Positions 38,967 to 50,288 of a stretch of 64,000 nt of DNA are shown piece by piece (positions within the stretch are counted from its first letter, which is position 1; every line of letters begins with the position of its first letter). The notes under the pieces were generated by a model. The model was not told the DNA's origin and ran no database searches. It saw nothing but the letters and a program-made list of their open reading frames with translations. The stretch lies in the NCBI GenBank assembly GCA_043228905.1, contig JBHGNT010000015.1, forward strand, positions 9,982,001 to 10,046,000, in the 5' to 3' direction. Both the position numbers and the translations under genes were made by a program. Origin of the DNA: Azolla caroliniana. Its lineage: Eukaryota > Plantae > Polypodiophyta.

Positions 38967-39154
38967 TCTGACATGATCGAAAAGAGCAACCGATTTTACT
39001 GTAAACATTAACTGTATTTGACATTAATCTTCGATAATGTTGAAAAGTCAAAAGAATGTATGCGTGTACACCACACTATCATCATTATCAACGTGCCACA
39101 TGTTTTCCTTGTTGTCCTCCTCTCCTATTCTAAGTTTAGCCCCAATATGTAGCT

Positions 39155-39305
39155 CTTGTTTGTTCACTTCTCCCCGATGCAAAGGCTACCCAGATAATGC
39201 TCTCGAGACTTCAGCTCAATTGTCAAGGTGTTGTGGCCCTTCTTTGTTCACTTCTCCCCCATGCAAAGGCAGATAATGCTCTCGAGACTTCAGCTCAATT
39301 GTCAT
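39155..39305. repeat. Tandem duplication (~83-bp period)
   Basis: TTTGTTCACTTCTCCCC..ATGCAAAGGC...AGATAATGCTCTCGAGACTTCAGCTCAATTGTCA occurs twice. Confidence 0.85.
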
Positions 39306-40688
39306 GGTGTCGGAGCTACAAACACATTGTCTAATTTGTGCTTACAAATTACAATATACAAATAGATGTTCTTAAGATTTGCATTTAAACAAAACTCTAT
39401 TCCAATAAAATAGGTTCCATATTGTTAGAGATCACAAGATCGCCTTATGTGTTCTTTAGATGGAAGGTGAACCAAGTATTCATTGAGGTGAGAGAACATT
39501 TTGTGGTTGTGAGGGCATGCATTTGGGAGGTGGCATGCAATCCCAACGTCATAGTTAGCACAAGGCCTAGTTGTCCAATCAAGTCTCCTTAGTGGAGAGT
39601 GAGCAAATTGATATGTGGCCATCCTAGGTTCCAATGGTCACTTTGGCAACATGAGCAATGTGAATAGGAACTAAGTTGTAGAACTAATCATACGATATAT
39701 TACAATTATTTGACTCATTCATATGTAGCTAAAATTTTTTGGGGTTCAAGTAGTCAAGATACTACATAGACCATTATAGTAACTTGTTAGCCCCTTCCTA
39801 TTTTTTTTAATGAAAAGAGTCCCTCATAAATTGATAAATTCTATGGAAACAAAAGTCTGTTTCATTCTCATTCTATCTTAATACATTCATGCTTCTCTTA
39901 TCGTTTCGTTCCTTTCTTCTTGTGATCTCTTTATATATTTCTTCTGTCACTCTATCTTTTCTCTTGGTTCTAACAATTTGATTTGAATTGGTTTGAGAAG
40001 ACATGTATGTCTATATTTCTAGGTTCTTATAGAATTGCCTAGGGATTTCTATAATGTTCTAGACCTAGAATACTCTAAGATGTTCTAGGATGTTCTAGAT
40101 ATTTTAGAATGTTCAAAAGTTTTTATAATAATCAATATATTATAAAAGTAGCTTTTATCATTTTATATGAGAATTGGCTATCTTAATGGTTGGGTTCTTG
40201 ATTATGTATTACAAGGTCCTAAGTTCAAGTCCGGGTGAAGCCATGATGTTCATGTCTTCATGACACCAAGGGAGTGATTCAATTTTGTGCACAAAGGAGG
40301 TAATGGAAGTGGAGCTTTGAAGGGGGGGGTGTATGAGTGGGATAGTCCCTGAAAAAAGGGGAGTGTAGAATTAGGGACATTGTGCTCACGAAGGAGCGGG
40401 TGTGGTGTGTGTGTGAAGGGTCGTCACGGGAAGGGTGGACATGTTGGGGGCAAGCGGAAATTGTGATGTGGTGTTATGTGCATAACCATTACTGATTATG
40501 AGATAGGGTTTTCTATACTCTATAGTTTTCCGTAATCTTATGATGAGCACATGTGGGTTATTTCTGAAAGGAATGAGGGTATGAATTGTAATATTTAAAT
40601 TTAGAATGTGGGATGACTATTAAGTGTTTGATCACCTTACCACTGCACATAAAGTATTCAAGTGAGAAATTCTTATTCGGGTGACTTA

Positions 40689-40923
40689 TGTTGAGATTAT
40701 GACAATGTGGTTATGGCTCTTTGTTAAGTATCCGGCACTTGGCATGTCAGTCGTGAAGATCATGATGGCACCAACAAAAGATACCAAGCTCAACCAACCT
40801 TAGGAAAGATGGGAATAGAACAAACCAAAGAAGGAATAATGTAGAACAATGGGCACCCTAGTGTGAAAGGGAGATACTTTATTTGTAAAAAGTTATAGGA
40901 GCCACCTTTTGGTGACTTTTATA
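40689..40923 (+). repeat. Short (235 bp) LTR-like direct repeat, copy 1
   Basis: TGTTGAGATTATG...GACTTTTATA. Nearly identical to 42068-42302. Confidence 0.8.
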
Positions 40924-41153
40924 GCTCATCTTGATTCTTGAGATTTCTCATTCTATTAGCATATTACAAGTCATCCTCTATCTCCCTAATTTCTATTAGA
41001 TCTAACAAAGATTAGGGTTAAGGACTAAGTGAGCCAAACCCTAATCTTTATCTCTTGTGTGGTACTAAACCTCTTTGTACTAAGGAGAGTGGTTACTAAT
41101 AAATGACTTCCTTTGTTTTAACTTTGTTTATCATTTTGTGTGTGTGTATGTGT

Positions 41154-41185
<32 letters not shown>

Positions 41186-41190
41186 TTAAG

Positions 41191-41410
41191 GTTGGTAAGG
41201 TTGCCCAATGGAGACCAGGTGGTCATGGGTTCAACCCCTTCATTCCATAGTGGCATCTAGTGAAATAGAGATATATATGAAGTATATAATAGAGAGGTGA
41301 GGAAATTGGGTTTTGAACCCAAGACACAGTGCTTGTAGTGTTATCAACTTACCACTAGGGTAAGCTAATTACGATAAAATAAGAAAACAATAAAATAAAA
41401 ATTAAAAAAA
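41191..41410. mobile_element. SINE-like insert with two convergent tRNA-like modules and an A-rich end
   Basis: Absent from the paired LTR (~45180). Flanked by duplicated GAGAGAGAGATTAAG. B-box-like GGTTCAACCCC (+) and GGGTTCAAAACCC (-). Confidence 0.5.
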
Positions 41411-41431
41411 GAGAGAGAGATTAAGTGTTAA

Positions 41432-41568
41432 GTTGCATATACACACTCAAAAACTATAGAATCAATTCATTGACTAGAAGCTAATCATTCTATATTTATG
41501 TGGAAGAAAATTCCACACTTTCATAAGTCGATTTGTGATGGTTTTAACTTTCAAATATATACAAATTT
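41432..41568. mobile_element. Small insertion flanked by TAA duplication, possible Tourist/PIF-type MITE
   Basis: Absent from the paired LTR. TAA at 41429-41431 and 41569-41571. Only weak terminal inverted similarity. Confidence 0.35.
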
Positions 41569-41591
41569 TAACCATAAGTTAAGTAGGTTAG

Positions 41592-41933
41592 TGTTGTTGG
41601 GTGGGGGGTGAAGCCCAAGGGGGTTACGTGAGAGAGAGAAAGAAGGAGAGTGAAAATAAGAAGTGACACAAAATGAGAGGGGAAAAATATATATTCCATT
41701 ATGCCCCATGGGTGGGGTTTATATACTACAAGGGGTAACCGTTACAAATAAAGAATGAGACAAGTAGGGAGTTACATTTCTTACCCACTTTCTCACCTTT
41801 GTACACATACACACCAATATGCATGTGTTCATACACATACTAATCCTCATTCACTCATTCATATTACACATACACATCAACCATATTATCGTGTTCCACC
41901 CCTTATGCCTCCCATATATCCTTACGGGTAACA
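41592..41933. repeat. Solo LTR (342 bp) with 5-bp TSD GTTAG
   Basis: TGTTGTTGG...GGGTAACA. GTTAG at 41587-41591 and 41934-41938. Absent from the paired Gypsy LTR. Confidence 0.88.
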
Positions 41934-42067
41934 GTTAGTAGTTCAAAAGTGTTTGACGACCGCTTCCACCCGGCTCCCCACCAAGAGGGGATACACCGGT
42001 TTGAACCCAAGGCAATGACATCGACGAGAGGGAAAACCTTTATCGACTTATAGAGACATTTTCGTTA

Positions 42068-42302
42068 TGTTGAGATTATGACAATGTGGTTATGGCTCTT
42101 TGTTAAGTATCCGGCACTTGGCATATCAATCGTGAAGATCATGATGGCACCAATAAAAGATACCAAGATCAACCAACCTTAGGAAAGATGGGAATAGAAC
42201 AAACCAAAGAAGGAATAACGTAGAACAATGGGCACCCTAGTGTGAAAGGGAGATACTTTATTTGTAAAAAGTTATAGAAGCCACCTTTTGGTGACTTTTA
42301 CA
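42068..42302 (+). repeat. Short (235 bp) LTR-like direct repeat, copy 2
   Basis: TGTTGAG...CTTTTACA followed by TGGTA (start of an iMet PBS), running directly into Gypsy RT. Confidence 0.8.
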
Positions 42303-44767
42303 TGGTAAAGAAAGGGGATGGCTCTTACCGTTTTTGTGTCGACTTCCGACAACTAAACCATGTCACCACCCATGACCGATATCCTCTCCCTCGTATCGAC
42401 GACCTCCTTAACCAGCTCGGCAAATCAAAGTACTTCACCTCCCTCGATCTAGCCTCAGAATATTGGCATATCCCTATGAATCCTAAAGATGCCCACAAAA
42501 CTGCATTCTGCACTAGGAAAGGCATTTTTCAGTTCACACGGATGCCCTTCGGCCTATCCAATGCTAGGAGCACATTCCAGCGAATGGCTAACGCCATCTT
42601 CGATGATCTCATCACTTGCCGCGTCGTCATCGTCTATCTAGACGATATTCTGATACATACAAGCACTTGGGTGGAACACCTTCAAGTCCTTCAGGGGGTC
42701 CTCACTTGTGTTCAACGCTATCAATTGTAGGTGCAATGGAAGAAGTGTCGATGGGGTAGTATGCGCCTCCGCTTCCTTGGGTACGTCATCTCCTCTGACG
42801 GAGTACAGATGGACCCAGAGAAGACGGAAGCGGTCGAAAAATTCCCACGCCCCACCACAGTCAAGCAGCTTCAACGCTTCCTCGGCCTCCTCACGTTCTC
42901 TCTCCGCTTCATCCCATGGCTAGCCGACCTGTCAGCCCCACTACGTGTGCTCCTGCAAAAAGACACACCCTTCCTATGGACCGAAGCCTGCGAATCCAGC
43001 TTCCTGCAGCTCAAGCGAACACTCCAAGCCTCTGATCTCCTCGCCCACCCTGATTTCACGAAGCCTTTCCATCTGCAGATAGATGCCTCCAATGTCGGCC
43101 TTGGTGCGGTCCTGCTCCAATCCGACGACAACAACCAACTACGCCCGATTGCCTACATAAGTCGGTCACTTACCAAAGCCGAACAAAATTACTCGACAAC
43201 CGAAAAAGAGTTGCTCGCCATCGTCTGGGCATTCCATCGTTTCCACCCATACCTACACGGATCAAATACATCAGTCGAAACCGACCATCAGCCATTGCTC
43301 TCCCTCATAAAGAAGGCTCATCCACTCGGTCGCTTACTCTGTTGGGCTTTGGCACTATAGGATTACACATTCACGTTGCGTTATCGCCATGGCCCCCAAA
43401 ACATCGTCGCCGATGGATTATCCCGCATATCCTTTCAGGCGAACCAAGTCGCCTTTGACACAATCAATTTCCCCATATCCTCGTCCCAAATAGCCAACAT
43501 GCAACAACATGACAAAAAAATCCAAGACATCTGCCACCGCCTACGAGCCGAGCCCACATCATCCCTCACCAAGCAATTCATGATCCAGGATAATGTCCTG
43601 CTTTTTTGCCAAGTAGGCAAGGAACCCCGGGTCTACGTGCCTGAGCAACTGCACCTGTCTTACCTTCGTTTCTTCCATGATCACCCATTGTCCGCCCACT
43701 TGGGTTTTCATAAGGTGCTAGACAAAATCCGTTGCAAATTCTATTGGCTGGGGCTACGCCACGAGGTCGCCTCCTACATCAAAACATGCAACTTATGTCA
43801 GGCCATCAAATCACCTCAAGTGGCTCAAGGCCTCTTACATCCGATACAAGTTCAAGCTCCATTTGAAATTGTCGGCTGGGACATTATGGGCCCCTTTCCT
43901 GAGTCACAAGAAGGGAACAAATTTATCCTCGTCATAACCGAGTACTTGACACGTTGGGCTGAGACGACCGCTATCCCAGATGCCAAGGCTATGACCATCG
44001 CCTCCAAACTATTGGAGAAAATCATCTTCCCACATGGGTGCCCACTCCAAATCTTGTCCGATCGAGGACCTCAGTTCAATAGCGAGCTCCTACGCCTAGT
44101 TTCTACACAATTAGGAATCCAACAATTATTCACGTCACCCTACCATCCGCAGACGAATGGATTGATGGAGCGCCTCAATCAAACCTTAAAACAACAAATC
44201 TCAGCCTACATCGATCCGCTGCACTCAACCTGGGACCGGATATTGCCCTTCGTTACGCATGCCTACAACACAACTGTGCAAGCCTCCACCTGCATTAGCC
44301 CATTTCGGGCCCTTTACAGAAGGGACCCGCGCTTACCTCCAGAAGTGGCAGTCCCGCAACCAATCACACGACTCCACTCTGACGCAGTGTCCTGGTGGTC
44401 CCACCTACAACAACTCCAGCCCCTCCTCCGCAAAGCCATCACGAGCAACCTGCACCAAGCACAGCTACACCAAAAACGACAACACGATGCAGGCCGCGCC
44501 AACCATCAATACCACGTCGGCGACAAAGTCCTCGTCTATTTCCCCATCCGTCGTCGCGGCCTCAGCGAGTCGCTCATGCACCGATGGATTGGTCCCTTTG
44601 AAGTTCAAAAGCAAATACGCAACACTACATATCTGCTCCGCCGCGCCTCCAACAACCGCTCTACCTTTTCCCACCAGTCTCGCATGAAGCCCTTCCATCA
44701 GCTACCATTGCCCCCACCCACGCTCATGCCCACGCCCACGCCCCGTCGCGATCCGACTGCACAATAA
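42302..44767 (+). pseudogene. Gypsy pol (RT, RNase H, integrase) in one frame with two premature TAG stops
   Basis: ORFs 42302-42730, 42731-43360 and 43376-44767 share a frame. Motifs RFCVDFRQLN, YLDDIL, DASNVGLGAVL, NYSTTEKELLA, HHCC zinc finger, SDRGPQF, YHPQTNG, WIGPF. Confidence 0.93.
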
Positions 44768-45123
44768 CTTTTTTTTACAAGGGGGAACTGTGGCGGTCAC
44801 ATGGACCACACCCAAATTAGGCCCCTACCAAGCCCCATAATTAGAAGAGCTAATTGGAGCTAATTGGAGTAGTCTATAAAATGTAACTTAGAACGTAATG
44901 GAAAGGGAGCTATTCTTGAGAGCATTTCACATCTTGAGCATTTCACAATATTACAAGTCCTCCTCTATCTCCCTAATTTCTATTAGATCTAAGAAAGATT
45001 AGGGTTAAGGACTAAGCGAGCCAAACCCTAATCTTTATCTCTTGTGTGGTGCTAAACCTCTTTGTACTAAGGAAAGTGGTTACTAATAAATGGCTTCCTT
45101 TGTTTTCACTTTGTTTATCATTT

Positions 45124-45185
<62 letters not shown>

Positions 45186-45352
45186 AGTGGTAACCATAAG
45201 TTTAGTAGGTTAGTAGCTCAAAAGTGTTTGACGACCGCTTCCACCCAGCTCCCCACCAAGAGGGGATACACTGGTCTAAATCCAAGGCAATGACATTGGC
45301 GAGAGGGGAAAACCTTTATAGACTTATAGAGACATTTTCATGAGTTACATGG

Positions 45353-45546
45353 TGTAAAGAATTGGAGTATGCGGAAGCTTTCGGACAGTGACTCAGTCAA
45401 CAGTTAGGTAAACACAGAGTATGTAAGTGTGAAGGTAAGTACACAAAGAGTGACTGAGTATCTAGCAAACAACAAAAAAAACTTCTATTACAAACAACTT
45501 AGTTCAATACATACAATGTGCTAAGTGATCACTTTTTATACAAGCC
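45353..45546 (-). repeat. Truncated copia LTR fragment (B/C-related)
   Basis: TGTAAAGAATTGGA...GCGGAAGC...AATGTGCT...CACTTTTTATACAAG resembles the family B and C LTR ends. Confidence 0.6.
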
Positions 45547-46340
45547 CCATCATTATTTTTGTGTACCTTTCATTTTGTTTTCTTTAGAAAAATAAGTCTT
45601 TCATCCTACCCCTTAATCACCTAGTGGTTAGCTCGCTAACCATACAGTTTCACTAAGTTCTTCGCTAAACTTGATTTTCATCATTCCCCCCAATTTTCAA
45701 AATTTGATGCCCAAAAGTGTGAAGTTGCAATGGTCTCAAGGTCATGCAAGTCTTCAACTCCTATCTAACAATGTCAGGGTCTAACCAATGGTGGGCCGAT
45801 TAATTTAAACCTCACACCATGCCACGAACTGAGATGGCCTAAGCCAACACAAATGTAGAGGCCGCCACATCCAACAACTCCACACGATACTATGGTGGGT
45901 GGCTAACACTCAAGTACTCCCAAATGCAAACATCGCTCCTAGCCCCCTGGCAAACATACTTCTCGATGCCACACCCAATTAAATAAGAACTCCTAACATG
46001 CATCAAAACCTCGATCAAAAGTGCATGATACAACCCAAGAAATTTGAGCTATAGAATGAGAAATTGAGTTATGGGCGACATAACTCACCCAAGGCGATCA
46101 ACCTCAATCACCAATGCAAGACATATAGAGACAACCCTAACCAAATAGAAGATCGGATATGCCATGACACAATAAAAACTGGCCCTACTACAAACAACAT
46201 TACAACAACAAAACCGACCCCTATCACAAGATGGGTCAGATTCACACACCTCTCTAGCACAAGTAGTAGACCACACTAGGGACAAGCTCAGGAATCATCC
46301 CAACCACAGGGCCCAGGCACCAACTTGCCACTGACACAAA

Positions 46341-46726
46341 TGTTAGAAATCTAGAAATCTCAAGTGTGTGAACCATGGCTTAATCAAATGTTGCACCACT
46401 AAATTTTTTTCGTTGTCATGAAAATCCGCTAGTAAATGTGGATCATGAGGTAGTGTCGTGCCTTTCGGTGCCAGATCGTTGCGTGAGTCGGGTGGAAACC
46501 ACCGAGGTTTTGGACTAGGAGGAGGAGGAATTTGAGACAAATCTAGTTATGAATAGATTGTAAGAAAGAGAGATAAAAAACTCGTGAATCCCACGAGTAT
46601 AATGTATTTTATTAAACAATATTTAGATAATAATATGAATAGATTGAAAGAGTGGGATATAAAAAACTCGTGAATACCACGAGTATAGTTTATTAGATTA
46701 ATCCATTTTTCAAACCCTAATAATAC
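46341..46726. repeat. LTR-like repeat (family E start)
   Basis: Shares TGTTAGAAATCTAG...CTCAAGTGTGTGAACCA...CACTAAA with 11577-11640. Internal ~86-bp duplication at ~46549-46690. Confidence 0.45.
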
Positions 46727-47014
46727 AGTTGAGATTCAAACTCAACTTCCTGTGAGTGGGAACACACACTAGGATACTCAACTGTGTGAACACCCCACCT
46801 CCTTGGATTGTAACTAGTGTGTCATAGAAGTTAATGTCCTATGACACATATTCTTTAAGTAGTTAAGACATGACCTCTTTCCCACGATGAGGTACTAATG
46901 AGAGAACTTAGAGAGAAGGTGATTACATAAACACCTTCTCCTTCTCTTTTGTAACTGTTGATTGTTCTTGCTTCTTGTTAATACAATTTTTTGTTTTTCT
47001 GTAACACTCGAGCT

Positions 47015-47094
<80 letters not shown>

Positions 47095-49911
47095 AGTCTT
47101 CTGCTACACAGAATCCATCCAATTCTTTACATGGTATCAGAGTGTGTGGTAGCTTAATCGAAGCCCATAGCCTCTACGTGTGCTATGTCCGATTCCACGT
47201 TCAGAAAGAACCGGCTGATTGTTGTAGCAGCAATCTGCACAATTCACATCAAAGAAGAAGAAGAAGAAGCTCGACATGAACACACAAATGGGAAGCGCTC
47301 TTCCTACCAAAAAGCTTGACAGAAACAACTTTGCATCTTGGGAGTACAAGATGCACCAATACCTTGTCGGCCAAGGCTATTGGAGTTATGTCGAATGAGC
47401 AAACGAGAATCAACCCAACCCAACACATGCCAATTACCGAGGTTAGGAGCAAGCGGCGAGTTGTGTGTTGTACTACCTTGCCTCATGCGTCCATGATCAC
47501 ATGCTCGACTACATCCGGGAGGCCAAAACGCCAAAGGAGGCAAGAAAGCTTCAACTTTGTCAAGAGTTGAATGGTATACAACAGAGGGACATGTCAATTG
47601 GTAGCTACATGTTGAAGATCAAGGAGCTGTGAGATGCCCTTGGATCGATCAATGATAGCATTGACGACGAGGAAATGGTGCAGATTTGCCTCGGAGGCTT
47701 AGCACCTATGTTCAGAGCCATTCGGTTGGCAGTCCTCACGAGGGAGAATCCTCCCTCCTTCGATCTCTAGTCGATCCTACTGGTCAAGGAGAATCATGTT
47801 CGAACAAGAAGCAATGTGCAAGAAGGACACATGCTCTATTCGAATTTTGATGGAGGAAGAGGACAAGGTTGTGGATGAAGAGGATGATTCGGCCAAGGCC
47901 GACACAACCAAGAGCAACCTTGAGAACATAACTTCTATTACCGACAAGATGTGTCGAACACGCGAGGTGGAGCGTCCAGAAGAAGGGAGAGAAATCAGGT
48001 TGGACCTAGCCGACAAAACAATCCCACCTAGTGCAGATATTGTGGTAAATTTGGCCACTATGAGGCAGAGTGTCGGAAAAAGAAGAGTGAGTTGGCATCC
48101 ACAAGCCAACAACTCACGAACTCCGCCTCCAACTCTAACTACGACAATCGTGGCGGAATGTTTGTGATGAGGCACAAAGCGAACTTGATGACAGCCTCCA
48201 ACCTGACCAACACCTACAAACGAGAAGATGTATGGTTTGTCAACTCAGGTGCATCCAACCACATGACATCCCACGAGGATTGGTTCAAGGAGCTATGAAA
48301 GCCTGAATTACCCGGCTATGTGGAAACTGGGGATGACACAATTCACCCCATTTAGTATGACGGCAATGTCCCATTTGGGGAAGAAGGCAACCAAACCTAC
48401 ATCAAGAATGTTCTACATGTTCCTACAATAACAAAGAACTTGGTCTCAGTTGGCCAGATAGTCGAACAAGGCATGCAAGTCCGCTTCAATGATGGAGGAT
48501 GCTTCATCGAAAAAGAAGGCCGACTCATCACTCGCGGATGGAAAGAAGGTCGAATGTTCATCCTTGACTCTCATGAGATGAACTCGACAATGTATGCCAA
48601 GGGCTAGAGAGCCGACACTGACATAGAGTTGTGGCCCAAGAGGATAGGTCACATCAATCTCCAAAAGCTCAAGAGAATGCAATCGAAAGGAGTCGTCATC
48701 GGATTCCCGACCTTCACCGAAAAGGAAATTGCAGGCATGTGCGAATCTTGCCAATTCGGCAAACAACACTAACAAACATTCCCAAAGGAGAGGAACGTAA
48801 GCAAAGGGATCCTGTATGTAGTACATTCAGATATATGGGGAACAACCTAGATGGCAACATTTGGTGGTTGCCGATACTATGTAACGATCATCGACGAATT
48901 CTCTGGACACACTTGGATCTACCCTATGCGGCAGAAGAGCGAAGTGTTCAGACACTGCCAAAAGTTCAAAAACCAAGTCGAAAAGGCAACCAATCAACAT
49001 GTTCAATGTCTTCGATCGGATGATGGTGAAGAGTACTTCTCCGACGCCTTTACAACATACCTTTGACAAGAAGGAATCCGGTGGGAGTTTACTTGCCAAC
49101 ACACACCTCAGTAGGATGGAGTAGCTGAACGCAAGAACCGACACATACTTGAGGTGGCAAGGGCAAAGATGAACGAGAAACATCTGCCAAAATCATATTG
49201 GGCTGAAGCGGAGAATATGGCCATCTATATGATGAATCATTGCACAACATCAGGAGTGCACAATATTACCCCATGCGAAAAGTTCTATGGGAAGAAACCA
49301 GATCTATCCCATGTCAGGATATTTGGTTGAATAGCATATGTACATATTCCCGACGAGAAGCGGCAAAAGCTCAATCCCAAGTCGGAGAAATGTATACTCG
49401 TAGGGTAATCACTCGAGCAAAAAGGGTATAAGTGCTCCAACCCTTCTACCAAGAAGGTACGAGTGAGTAGGGATGTAGTATCGACGAGTCGGCATCCTGG
49501 TATACAATCGAAACTGAGTTCGACATAGATATGGAGGAGGATGATAGACCGAGGCCCACATTAGAGGAAAATCCAAACTCAACCAGATTGAGTGTACCAC
49601 AAGAGCCTCCAAGTGATCAAAGCACATCATGGCCGAGTCCGACACAGGACAAAGGAAAGGCCAAAATGCCTGAGTAGGAGGACTTAGATAGGAATGAATT
49701 GATCGACTCACCCGATAGTGAGCATAGTGGACTAGATGTGCCCATCATGAGGACACTAGGAGCACTCTGTCGCTCCACCCGAGAGAAGAACATAATTAGC
49801 CGATTCAGTTACAATGACGACATGGCATATCATTATGCATTCATGATGAGGGTGGCGACAATCCGAGAACTGAGAACCTTTTTTGAAGCCATGAAGGACC
49901 CCAGATGGGTC
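46727..49911 (+). mobile_element. Ty1/copia family C, 5' part (LTR 46727-47131, PBS, gag, protease, integrase), decayed and truncated
   Basis: TGGTATCAGAG at 47132. gag MGSALPTKKLDRNNFASWEYKMHQYL. Protease WFVNSGASNHM. Integrase pieces. Cut at KDPRWV by a family B LTR. Confidence 0.92.
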
Positions 49912-50245
49912 TGTGAAATGTAACGTGCGGAAGCTATGCGAACCACATAATACCGATAGAGAAAAATAGGTTTAATGGAGAGCTTAAGCCACAATGTACG
50001 CGGGAGAGACAGAGAGGGAATGAACCCACATAGAAAAACTAAATTCAAAATAATGTGTAAAACTCTCTGTACATAGGATGTGCTCAGAGAGCACATTTAT
50101 ACAAGTCCATACGGATTGACAGAATACTAACACGTACTTCAATGCTCATAACTAAGCTCCTACACTAACTCCCAAATATATTCCCTCACTCTAAAGAATC
50201 GGGTAGGATTCTTGTGTAGCAGAATAGGTGTGAAATGTGTGTGTG

Positions 50246-50288
<43 letters not shown>

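Larger units (their letters stand above)
40924..45349 (+). mobile_element. Ty3/Gypsy element: interrupted partial 5' LTR (~40924-42064), gag/protease deleted, pol 42302-44767, 3' LTR 44789-45349
   Basis: RT-RNase H-integrase order. PPT AAGGGGGAAC at 44779-44788. 3' LTR TGTGGC...GTTACA matches 40960-41190, 41571-41591 and 41934-42064 once the inserts are removed. Confidence 0.88.

Noticed and set aside
45700-46330. Possible plant-mobile-domain relic on the minus strand (VCIWEYLSVSHP)
   Set aside because: One short motif amid many stops; not enough support without a profile search.
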